Shown here: piece by piece, positions 38,846-47,196 of the stretch
How positions within the stretch are numbered: position 1 is the stretch's first letter
Layout of the letters: each line of letters opens with the position of its first letter
NCBI GenBank assembly: GCA_045541975.1
Contig: JAZQKB010000041.1
Location: 40-64,039, forward strand
Direction: 5' to 3'
Source of the DNA: Clostridia bacterium
GTDB lineage: Bacteria > Bacillota > Clostridia > UMGS1840
DNA length: 64,000 nt
The notes under the pieces: generated by a model
Database searches by the model: none
The model's input: the letters and a program-made list of their open reading frames with translations, nothing else
Told to the model about the DNA's origin: nothing
Made by a program: the position numbers and the translations under genes

Positions 38846-41685
38846 TGAAAAGAAGCTTATCTCTGTTACTCGTTCTGATTCTGGCTTTAACTTCTTTTAG
38901 TCTGGTTGCTTCTGCAGCATCCGGTGCAAGCCAGGTGATTTCCCAGTTCAACATTATGCCCCAGAGCTGCTCTGCAGACTCCGAAAATTTAGTTACCCGT
39001 AGAGACTTTGCTTACACCATTGCCAATATTTTAGGCAGTGGTGAAGCAGCACCCCGTGCAACTGACTTTATTGATATTGGCGAAGATATTGAAGATTCCG
39101 GTTACATCTACTATGCAACTGTAAACGGTTTCTTAGCAACTACCGGCAATATGTTCTGCCCCGATGATCCAATCTCTTTGCATGATTTTAACGATGCAGT
39201 AATTAAACTGCTGGCTTATGAAACCATTGCAGAAGCAAACGGCGGCGGAAAAGACGGTGCGTTAAAAACCGTTAGAGATTTAAAAATTTACAATGGTGTT
39301 ACCATTAAAGATTATGAAACCGTAACCGTAAAACAGTACCGTCAGTTGGTATATAACTTGATGACTGCAGATATCACTGATTTCAGCTATAGCTATGATC
39401 AGGACGGCAACATCAATCTTTACAGAACCGGTACTACCAAAACCCTTTTATCTCAGTATTTTGGTATTTCTCGTTACTATGGTTCCATTACCGAAGTTAA
39501 TAATCAGAAACCCAGCGCAAAATTCAGAGTAACCAAAAACGTTTCTGAAGCAAATCCTGAAATGCTGGTTGTTGGTTCTGACTACTATTTCTTATCCAAT
39601 GGTACTGTAGACTTAAACTTCTATCAGAACATTCCGATTGAAATCTGGACCAATAAAGACGGTGTGATTGTTTATATTGCTCCCCAGCCCAATGTAGAAG
39701 TGTTCTACGATGTGATCTACAGCGTAAACAACGATACCAACCCCAATAATGCATATGCTTTGAATCTGGTTGATGAAATTGAATTCAACCGTGATACCAG
39801 AGAATATAAAATTGACAGTTCTGCAACAGTAAGTTATAACGGTGCTATTACCGGTATTCCCGTGAAACTGGCTGGCAAATATGCGAAAATTGTTTTAATT
39901 AACAACAAAGTAACCTTCATTGAAACCTGGAACCTCCAGGAAGGTGGTATGGTTTTAGAAATTAACAACAGCTACATTTCTTACATCAAAGGAGAAGCTG
40001 AAGATAAACTGAAGAGAATCGGTGAATACGACGATATCATGGTTATTATCGAAGGCAGAAGCACCGACCGTAACCAGATTAAACCCGGTAGTTTATTCTC
40101 CTATTATCAGACCGATAATCTTCTGGTAATCGTAGTTTCCGAAAAAACTCTTGTTGGTAACTTTGACAGTATGTCCACAGGTGAAATCGAAATCGGCAGA
40201 CATTTCTATCCCACCAGCGGTAATATTTATGTTTCCGAAGACGGCGAAAACTATCATGAAAATGATTTTGACAGCGTATTCGATACTCAGGTAACCTGCT
40301 ATGTGGATATTTTCGGTAACATTCGTTACATGAAATCCAACGGTTACTTAAACGAAGCAAACGTGTTTACCGCTTATATCCTCGGTTCTTCTCAGAAGGG
40401 CTTTGAAGATATCAAAATTAAAGTTCAGAAAATTTATCCCACTCTTGAAGAAGTGATTATTACCAAGCCTTCTGATTTGGCAGATTCTAAATATGTTGCA
40501 TATGACGATACTACTGCAAGCAGCTTGCGTGATACTTTCAGAAGTGCACAAAGCATACAACAAGCAGCATTGACTACGAGACAACAAGATATTGAAAGAG
40601 CGGCTGACTTTCTTTACAAGTTTACAGTGGATGAGGATGGCGTGATTACTCAGATTTCTGAACCTGATTTCTTTCTCCTATTTGGGGAGGAACACTACAT
40701 TCCGTTTACTCCCGAAGCTACCGATGCAGTACCTGCTCCTACTCCTACCAATGTACCCATTCCTCGTACACCAGTAAAAGATGCAATGTTAGACCATTTC
40801 TGCGGGGATGAACGTGCAATTTACTTCCCCTATACCACAGATAGCGAGAGCGGATATATCAACGGTTATAACCGAAATGCGACTGACGTAGCTTCCAATT
40901 GGACCTATTTCTGGATTCGTGACGAAAAATTTGTAGTATTAACCACGATTGACGGAGAATTAGGTGTTGTACAAAGATCTCATGGCGATATGGTTGGTCT
41001 TGGTACTTATACGTTGAGTCAGGGAAGTTCAGATGGTATCGTAAGAATTGCGATGTTGGCAGAACCCGGTGCATCTCAGCCCCAGTGCTGGTTCCTTTAC
41101 GGTGCAACTGATAAAATGCGTGGCGATACTTCTAGAGGAAAGACTGCCATGATCGACTCTGTAACTCAAAGATACGATTTGGAAGAAGATCGTAAGTACT
41201 ACGAAGTTGTTTTAGACAACGGTGATATGGTATGGAAGTTAGATACCGATGCTATTGACCATGAAACTTGGGATGTAGTGCATCAGAGAGGCGAAAATGA
41301 AGATCCTCCTGAAAAATTGGAAGCCGGCATGAGAGTTACCTATACTGGAAGAGCAGAATTTACGAGAAACGGAAGTTATATTACCGGCGTGGAAGAGTTC
41401 ATGCAGAGTACATCCGGTTCTGATCTGACTATGGATGACTGGCTTGCAACTCAGGGCAGTGGCCTTCTTCAGGGTACTGTTAAGAAAGTAACTGGTCAGA
41501 GACTGTACTTGGATAATGGTGCAGCTTATCATATCAGTGACAAGGGCGATCTGATTGGTCTGAAATTTAAAAATGGTAAAGTAGAAGAAGTAGACATTAG
41601 TACAACAGATATTTCTGCAGGTTCTACTGTTTACTACGGATCAACCTTTGGTGTTGGCAATATCTACGTGGAAGTTACTGACTAA
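38842..41685 (+). CDS. S-layer-type protein with N-terminal degenerate SLH repeats and beta-rich repeats
   Basis: Signal peptide; VTRRDFAY..TDFID..SGYIYYAT.NGFL..FCPDDPI..AVIKLLAY SLH-like region; start overlaps the previous stop (ATGA). Confidence 0.7.
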   Translation: MMKRSLSLLLVLILALTSFSLVASAASGASQVISQFNIMPQSCSADSENLVTRRDFAYTIANILGSGEAAPRATDFIDIGEDIEDSGYIYYATVNGFLATTGNMFCPDDPISLHDFNDAVIKLLAYETIAEANGGGKDGALKTVRDLKIYNGVTIKDYETVTVKQYRQLVYNLMTADITDFSYSYDQDGNINLYRTGTTKTLLSQYFGISRYYGSITEVNNQKPSAKFRVTKNVSEANPEMLVVGSDYYFLSNGTVDLNFYQNIPIEIWTNKDGVIVYIAPQPNVEVFYDVIYSVNNDTNPNNAYALNLVDEIEFNRDTREYKIDSSATVSYNGAITGIPVKLAGKYAKIVLINNKVTFIETWNLQEGGMVLEINNSYISYIKGEAEDKLKRIGEYDDIMVIIEGRSTDRNQIKPGSLFSYYQTDNLLVIVVSEKTLVGNFDSMSTGEIEIGRHFYPTSGNIYVSEDGENYHENDFDSVFDTQVTCYVDIFGNIRYMKSNGYLNEANVFTAYILGSSQKGFEDIKIKVQKIYPTLEEVIITKPSDLADSKYVAYDDTTASSLRDTFRSAQSIQQAALTTRQQDIERAADFLYKFTVDEDGVITQISEPDFFLLFGEEHYIPFTPEATDAVPAPTPTNVPIPRTPVKDAMLDHFCGDERAIYFPYTTDSESGYINGYNRNATDVASNWTYFWIRDEKFVVLTTIDGELGVVQRSHGDMVGLGTYTLSQGSSDGIVRIAMLAEPGASQPQCWFLYGATDKMRGDTSRGKTAMIDSVTQRYDLEEDRKYYEVVLDNGDMVWKLDTDAIDHETWDVVHQRGENEDPPEKLEAGMRVTYTGRAEFTRNGSYITGVEEFMQSTSGSDLTMDDWLATQGSGLLQGTVKKVTGQRLYLDNGAAYHISDKGDLIGLKFKNGKVEEVDISTTDISAGSTVYYGSTFGVGNIYVEVTD

Positions 41686-41698
41686 TTTCTAACCAAAT

Positions 41699-41733
41699 AA
41701 AAAACAGAGAGAAGCAATTCTCTCTGTTTTTTT
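41699..41733. terminator. Bidirectional rho-independent terminator closing the PUL operon
   Basis: AAAACAGAGAGAA-GCAA-TTCTCTCTGTTTT with A- and T-runs on both sides. Confidence 0.9.
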
Positions 41734-41862
41734 ATGTTCTGGTTGAAAGGAAGCGACGCTAAAGCCTTCTTCTTGCGGAGAAGGTGGGGGCAAAGTAACT
41801 CGGATGAGGTGGTGATGCATGAAAACAGGTGTCAGGCTGAATGGTTCATCAGATAACTGTCT

Positions 41863-42540
41863 CTATCTATTCTTTTGTTTCTTTTCCATTCTTCTCCAGT
41901 TATAAAAACCGTAGAGGTCGTTTGCCAAAAACACCAAGAAACAAATCACAACTGAAAGGTAGTTATGGTCGGTTACCGATGCAATCCCCCACAACACAAT
42001 CAGCACAATGTCGTTGAAAGAATAAATCAGTGCAAAATAGGGACTTCGCCGTGCCGTCAGGTAGCAGGCACCAAAGCTGGTTGCAATTGACAGGGTACTC
42101 CACCAAAGATTGGGGGTATCCAATTCTTTTAGGATCAGGTAGAACAAACCCGTTACCAAAAGAGTTAAAACACCAAGAAACCACCATTCTCTTTTTTTGA
42201 TACGGTTTACCGCTACTTGTGATTTCTTCCCCTGAAAAGGGTTTTTCAGCCAGCAGATTAAAGCATAGACTGCCATGGGAACGGTCATGCCAAGATAGGT
42301 GATCATTTCGCTGTAGTATCGTGTCTGATAGGAAATGTAGCCATAAATAGAGCCAAACAGAATCATCATCACTTGTCCCATGGGATTCCCCTTGGCACAA
42401 AAAATCAGAGAAGTAACCCCAAGCAAAGAAGCAATCAACGTGAAAAAACTTTCCTGGCGAAATAACACATAGGATAGCAGGATAATGCCCATAGAGCTAC
42501 CCCATAGAACCCATTCTCGTTTTTTAAAATACTGAAACAT
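41863..42540 (-). CDS. pnuC: PnuC family (nicotinamide riboside-type) transporter
   Basis: LIFCAKGNP, YYSEMITY, LTARRS.Y..Y..NDIVLIVLW, NDLYGFYNW. Likely start at ATG 42540. Substrate not determinable from sequence. Confidence 0.85.
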   Translation of the reverse strand: MFQYFKKREWVLWGSSMGIILLSYVLFRQESFFTLIASLLGVTSLIFCAKGNPMGQVMMILFGSIYGYISYQTRYYSEMITYLGMTVPMAVYALICWLKNPFQGKKSQVAVNRIKKREWWFLGVLTLLVTGLFYLILKELDTPNLWWSTLSIATSFGACYLTARRSPYFALIYSFNDIVLIVLWGIASVTDHNYLSVVICFLVFLANDLYGFYNWRRMEKKQKNR

Positions 42541-42659
42541 TTTGATCATTCCTCCAACAAAAAAAGCACCCGCACATACAACTTCTAAAGACCTAACGCT
42601 GTATGCCGAATGCTTCCGCACGACTTCTACCCGGTGGCAGAAGTCTTTGATATTCGATT
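42541..42659 (-). promoter_or_regulatory. Structured 5' leader/attenuator upstream of pnuC (unrecognised family)
   Basis: Hairpin GACTTCTGCC-ACCG-GGTAGAAGTC; GTGC-GGAA-GCAT; terminator GCATTCG.GCATACAGC/GTTGTATGT.G.CGGGTGC followed by T7. Confidence 0.65.
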
Positions 42660-42665
42660 AATAAC

Positions 42666-42694
42666 AGTATAGCATGATTTTTTGAAGTTGTCAA
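42666..42694 (-). promoter_or_regulatory. sigmaA promoter of pnuC
   Basis: TTGACA-17 bp-TATACT. Confidence 0.85.
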
Positions 42695-42697
42695 GCC

Positions 42698-43225
42698 TTA
42701 AAACTGATTGTAGGTGACAACTTCCTCCATGGGGCGTACCTCTTCGTGACGGGGATTGGGGACGCTGTCTTTGGCAGGGTATCCCATCACCAACAGTGCC
42801 ACGGGTTCCAACTCATCGGGAATCTGATAGGACTCTCTCATTGCCACGGGATCAAAGCTCATCACCCAGCAGGAGCCGATGCCCAATTCCCAGGCACCCA
42901 GCATCAGATGAGTGGTCACAATGGCACAGTCCACGGGAGCGGATTTTGCACCGTCATACCGACGGGTCCAGCCTTCCTCCTTATGATAGCAGATTAACAT
43001 GGCCAACGGTGCATCAAAATGACTTCTGGTGCAGTTTTTAAGTTTCATGATATTTTCATCAGAATCTAACACCAAAATTCTCTGAGGCTGAATATTACAG
43101 CCGGTGGGGGCAATATGCCCGTAGGCTAAAATCTTTTCGATGATTTCCGAAGGAACCTTTTTTTGTTGAAAATTTCTCACTGAGTAACGGCTTTTTGCAA
43201 ATTCAAAAAAATTCATTTCTTTCAT
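42698..43225 (-). CDS. Nitroreductase family protein
   Basis: SRYSVRNF, APTGCNIQP, LGIGSCWV, ALLVMGYP. Start at ATG 43225 after AAGGAG. Confidence 0.92.
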   Translation of the reverse strand: MKEMNFFEFAKSRYSVRNFQQKKVPSEIIEKILAYGHIAPTGCNIQPQRILVLDSDENIMKLKNCTRSHFDAPLAMLICYHKEEGWTRRYDGAKSAPVDCAIVTTHLMLGAWELGIGSCWVMSFDPVAMRESYQIPDELEPVALLVMGYPAKDSVPNPRHEEVRPMEEVVTYNQF

Positions 43226-43236
43226 ATTCATTCTCC

Positions 43237-44109
43237 TTAACATTTGATTTTCGGTAATAATAGGGGATACACGCCAAATACCACGGTAATAAGCACCAGA
43301 TGACGGATACTGTCCCAAATCAGAGAAAGTGTCAGATTAGTTGGAAAAGAAATCAGTTCTGTTGCCTTTTTGATGAGTAGGGCAAGAGCTAATGCCACCA
43401 CTACCCGAATCAGTTTTTTATAAAAGGGCACAGTATAGGACATGGTGCCGTAGCGGGTATCCAGCCGAGAAGAAACCGTCAGTCCGCCCATTAATCCCAC
43501 ACACTTAAAATAATCGGCATAGTGAGGATCGGGAGCAATCAGGAAAAACAGGGCAAAGCCAACCAACCCAAAAAATATGGGAGCAAACAGTTTTTTGGGA
43601 TTGTTTGCTTTTTCATATAGAATGCTTCCTAAAATCCCTACCAAAATGCCAAGCAAAAGTCCGATGATTACATCCGACGGGTAGTGAGCTCCCAAGTACA
43701 TTCTGGAAAATCCCATCAGAGCAGATACGATCAGCACCGTCCACCAAATCCACTGTTTTTTCAGAATTTGGGCAACAGCGGTAGTCCAGGTGGCAAAATT
43801 CTGGGTATGACCGCTGGGGAACGAATATCCTGTTGCCGTTTCCGGTCGGACACAGGTCACCTTTCCCGTAGCAAAAGGACGGGGAATTTTACAAACATTT
43901 TTCACAATACCGTTTAGCCCCAAAGAGCAAACGGTGATAAAACAAATCCGATAGGCTGATTCTTTTTGAACCATAAAATATAATATAGAAACCAACACGA
44001 TCAGCACCGTGTCTTCTCCCAAAAAGGAAACTGTTTCCATCAGGGTATTAAGAAATGGTGTTCGCAGGCTTTCCAGCCAGTTTAACACTGAAATTTCACC
44101 GGTTAACAT
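43237..44109 (-). CDS. PAP2 family membrane phosphatase
   Basis: K....PRP, YSFPSGH, SRMYLGAHYPSDV. Confidence 0.92.
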   Translation of the reverse strand: MLTGEISVLNWLESLRTPFLNTLMETVSFLGEDTVLIVLVSILYFMVQKESAYRICFITVCSLGLNGIVKNVCKIPRPFATGKVTCVRPETATGYSFPSGHTQNFATWTTAVAQILKKQWIWWTVLIVSALMGFSRMYLGAHYPSDVIIGLLLGILVGILGSILYEKANNPKKLFAPIFFGLVGFALFFLIAPDPHYADYFKCVGLMGGLTVSSRLDTRYGTMSYTVPFYKKLIRVVVALALALLIKKATELISFPTNLTLSLIWDSIRHLVLITVVFGVYPLLLPKIKC

Positions 44110-44167
44110 GGTTTCACCTCTTTGGTTTATTGTAGCATAACCTGGAAGAAAATGCAAGAGAAATCTC

Positions 44168-44196
44168 TTTACATTTCCTGGCTTCTATGCTATAAT
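44168..44196 (+). promoter_or_regulatory. sigmaA promoter
   Basis: TTTACA-17 bp-TATAAT (with TG extension). Confidence 0.7.
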
Positions 44197-44235
44197 CATT
44201 TTATGAAAGATATTTTAGAAAGAAGGTTTTTTAGT

Positions 44236-44622
44236 ATGAAACTTGCAGTCACTTACGAAAACAATCAGGTGTTTCAGCATTTTGGACACACCGAAGCCTT
44301 TAAAATCTATGAAATAGAGGATGGACAGGTGATTTCTGCCCAAGTGGTTTCCACCAACGGCAACGGTCACGGTGCGTTGTCCGGCTTTTTAAAAGGATTG
44401 GATGTTCGTGTAGTAATTTGTGGCGGAATCGGCGGAGGTGCCCAGAATGCGCTGACGAGTGCAGGAATCCGGTTTTTCGGTGGCGTCAAAGGAGACTGCG
44501 ATCAGGCTGTTGTGGCATATCTGAGCGAAAGCCTTTCCTTTAACCCCAATGTAACCTGCAATCATCATGGGGAAGGGCATTCCTGCAGCGGACATAGCTG
44601 TGGCAATCACGGCTGTCACTAA
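44236..44622 (+). CDS. NifB/NifX (FeMo-cofactor-binding fold) family protein with His/Cys tail
   Basis: VFQHFGHTEAF, VICGGIGGGA, C-terminal CNHHGEGHSCSGHSCGNHGCH. Confidence 0.88.
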   Translation: MKLAVTYENNQVFQHFGHTEAFKIYEIEDGQVISAQVVSTNGNGHGALSGFLKGLDVRVVICGGIGGGAQNALTSAGIRFFGGVKGDCDQAVVAYLSESLSFNPNVTCNHHGEGHSCSGHSCGNHGCH

Positions 44623-44647
44623 GATAGGATAAAATTTGAAAAACACC

Positions 44648-44676
44648 TTGCATTTTCTCTGAAATAGGAGTATAAT
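44648..44676 (+). promoter_or_regulatory. sigmaA promoter
   Basis: TTGCAT-17 bp-TATAAT. Confidence 0.7.
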
Positions 44677-44716
44677 GTAGAAAAGATCATAAGAAACATC
44701 TTGGAGGATGAAAAAC

Positions 44717-45091
44717 ATGAAAAAATTAACCGCACTCTTATTGGCAGTTCTGATGGTATTTACCTTAGCTGCTTGCCAGAATAACAAAAAAGCAGAAGCA
44801 CCCGCAGACGAATCTGTTGTAGGTTCTTATGCGTTAGTCAGCGCTTCTGACAACGGAGAAGAACTGGATCTTTCCATGTTCCCCGAATTAAAGTTCACTT
44901 TAAATGAAGACGGCAGCGGTGTTTACGGAAACGGCGGTACTGACATTGAAATCACCTGGGCTCAGGATGGGGAAACCGTTACCTTTACTGCAACCGGCGA
45001 CGGACCTGCAGATCCGTTGGTACTGATTGCAAACGGTGATATCCTGGTTGCAACCGAAGGTACTTCTCAGATGACCTTCCAAAAACAGTAA
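44717..45091 (+). CDS. Small lipoprotein with a lipocalin-like beta-barrel
   Basis: Lipobox LAAC; VVGSYALVS..FTLNEDGSG..ITW..DGETVTF. Confidence 0.7.
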   Translation: MKKLTALLLAVLMVFTLAACQNNKKAEAPADESVVGSYALVSASDNGEELDLSMFPELKFTLNEDGSGVYGNGGTDIEITWAQDGETVTFTATGDGPADPLVLIANGDILVATEGTSQMTFQKQ

Positions 45092-45159
45092 GTAAAAACC
45101 TAAATGGGCCCGAATCATAGTTTATGGTTCGGGCTTTTTTCAAAATAAGGAGAATGCTT

Positions 45160-46704
45160 ATGAAAAAATTATGTTCCCTTTTACTGTGTACTGTAATTGT
45201 AGTGTTATTCGCTTCTTGCGGTTTAAAGACTTCCAAAGAGCCAGCCACACAGCAACCTTCCCAGATGGGGCATACCGAAACTCTGCAGGTTGTCAGCGGC
45301 AACGGGCAAACCTGGGAATACGGAGACGGAAGCTATCTTCCCTATGTGAAGGTGGAATATCCGTACATCCACATAGCCGGTGAGGACGAAGAAACTTATC
45401 AGAGAATGAATTTCATGCTGGAAGAACTATATGAAACCAAGCGTGCCAACAAACTGGATTTTTTAGAGCTGAATCAGGAGGATGCCAAGCAGAATCTTTT
45501 GGACAATCCGGATTATTGGTACCCCTATGAATCGTTAGAGCAGGCATCTGTCCGTCGTGCAGACACCAAGGTGTTAAGCATTCTGTATAACGGCTACACT
45601 TACACCGGCGGTGCACACGGATTTCCCTATTTTTGGGGTGAAAGCTATGACGTTACCACAGGAGAACTGCTTTCCTTATCTGATGTGGTAACCAAAAAAG
45701 ACGGACTTTCTGATTTGATTTGGAAAGAATTATCAGAAGCCTATCCTGATGAAACCTGGGATGGAGAAGCCGACCTTGCTGATTTGATGGAAGCGGAAGA
45801 TGTGCTTTCCTGGACCTTGGATTATAACGGCATCACCTTCTATTTTAATCCTTATGACCTTGCTGCCTATGCCTACGGCCGTCAGCAGGTAACACTGTCT
45901 TTTTTGGAATATCCCGACCTTGTCAAAGAAGCATATCTGACGGTGCCTGTTTCCTACGGGGTGCAGATTCCACGAGATTGCAATTTCTATGATGATGTAA
46001 CCGGCGACGGCAAAGCGGATACCCTCTCCTGGAATACCTTCGGGTTGTACGACGGTGTGGCAGAAACGCTGACCGTTACCCTAAACGGAACCGATTATGA
46101 CTTTGAAATCTATGCTTTTGACACTGTGGTAACCTTCTTAAAAACCCGTGAAGGTGAATATTATCTTTATGCACAGAATACCATGGAAAACGACTATACC
46201 GAAACCCATTGTTACCGTTTGGGTGAAACTGTAGAGCATATGGGGGTGATGGACGGCGGACTGCGGTATCATCACCACAATGCAGAAGATTTGTATTTTG
46301 TTTCCGATGTGTTGACCAATCCCGATTCCTTCTGGATGAGTGTCCGCACTCAGATTGCAAGCACGGTAACCGGTTTCCGGGAATACCGTATGGGCACTTA
46401 TGGCATTGCCGTATCGGATGAACCCTTCTATCAGTTTCCCCAAGAATCCCGGTTTGTTTTTACCGTTCTTCATGATTTTAGCGTAGAACTGTATGATGAG
46501 AAAACTGGCACTGCCAAAGGCACCGTAACCGTAGCCAAAGGGGAACAGGTAACCTACTATGCTACCGATAATGACCGCTACATCTGGCTGTTATTGGAAG
46601 ACGGCACGCTCTGTCGCAAAGAAGTGGTAACGGATGACTATCTGCCCACGGTGGATGGATATCGTATGGAAGAAATATTTGAAGGAGTTATGTATGCAGG
46701 ATAA
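45160..46704 (+). CDS. Lipoprotein with DUF4163/DUF3298 (RsiV/PdaC-like) domain and extra C-terminal region
   Basis: Lipobox FASC; YTGGAHG..YDVTTGELLSLSDV; GITFYFNPYDLAAYAYG. Confidence 0.8.
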   Translation: MKKLCSLLLCTVIVVLFASCGLKTSKEPATQQPSQMGHTETLQVVSGNGQTWEYGDGSYLPYVKVEYPYIHIAGEDEETYQRMNFMLEELYETKRANKLDFLELNQEDAKQNLLDNPDYWYPYESLEQASVRRADTKVLSILYNGYTYTGGAHGFPYFWGESYDVTTGELLSLSDVVTKKDGLSDLIWKELSEAYPDETWDGEADLADLMEAEDVLSWTLDYNGITFYFNPYDLAAYAYGRQQVTLSFLEYPDLVKEAYLTVPVSYGVQIPRDCNFYDDVTGDGKADTLSWNTFGLYDGVAETLTVTLNGTDYDFEIYAFDTVVTFLKTREGEYYLYAQNTMENDYTETHCYRLGETVEHMGVMDGGLRYHHHNAEDLYFVSDVLTNPDSFWMSVRTQIASTVTGFREYRMGTYGIAVSDEPFYQFPQESRFVFTVLHDFSVELYDEKTGTAKGTVTVAKGEQVTYYATDNDRYIWLLLEDGTLCRKEVVTDDYLPTVDGYRMEEIFEGVMYAG

Positions 46705-46705
46705 C

Positions 46706-47011
46706 ATGCTGAAAACTTGTAAAATTACGGCAGTTATAAAAACCGAGTACACGGATTTAATGGCGCAGTATGAAAATCCCATAGAGCACGCCTGCGAGGT
46801 TTGTGTGGGGGACGTATTCTATGCCAAAAACGGAGAAAAACCGGAAAACCTTTGTCAGAGCGCCTGGGACAGTATGGCATATTTTGTGAAGGAATTAGCC
46901 CGTGGCGGCGGAAATTTTTACGATGGCTGGATGCAAAATCCAAAGTCCGCAATGATTTCCTGCAATGACGGATTCCGTCCCGTCAGCTTCTATATTGAAG
47001 TGGTTGATTAA
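46706..47011 (+). CDS. TIGR04076 family protein
   Basis: CKITA, ACEV, KPENLCQSAW, SCNDGFRPVSFYIE. Confidence 0.85.
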   Translation: MLKTCKITAVIKTEYTDLMAQYENPIEHACEVCVGDVFYAKNGEKPENLCQSAWDSMAYFVKELARGGGNFYDGWMQNPKSAMISCNDGFRPVSFYIEVVD

Positions 47012-47017
47012 GAGCGC

Positions 47018-47116
47018 TTCCCACACTTTTTCCCACACCTTTTTGAAAAAGGGGAAAAATCCCACACCAAATTTATCAAAAAGTGTGGTGACAAACCGTA
47101 AAAACCGTGCTAAGAT
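47018..47116 (+). promoter_or_regulatory. Promoter GTGACA-17-TAAGAT preceded by CCCACAC repeats
   Basis: TTCCCACAC at 47018 and 47030, ATCCCACAC at 47059, inverted GTGTGG at 47083-88; -35 at 47088-93, -10 at 47111-16. Confidence 0.5.
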
Positions 47117-47196
47117 AAAATCAACAAAATTGTAGTTTGCTTCCGCAGGAAGCAAGTTAAAAAGCGAAGAAACCAAACCGGTAGGAGGAACCGACT

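Noticed and set aside
18279-41685. Canonical cellulosome
   Set aside because: No duplicated Ca-binding dockerin motif (DxNxDGxxxxxD) in any protein; at most one cohesin-like domain.
42541-42659. TPP or purine riboswitch upstream of pnuC
   Set aside because: AGCGTTAGG only loosely resembles TPP and the CTGAGA motif is absent. The purine-like TTCTACC is on the wrong strand and is just a hairpin arm.
44236-44622. Nitrogen fixation (NifB/NifX-like gene)
   Set aside because: A stand-alone member of a widespread fold; no nif genes in the window.
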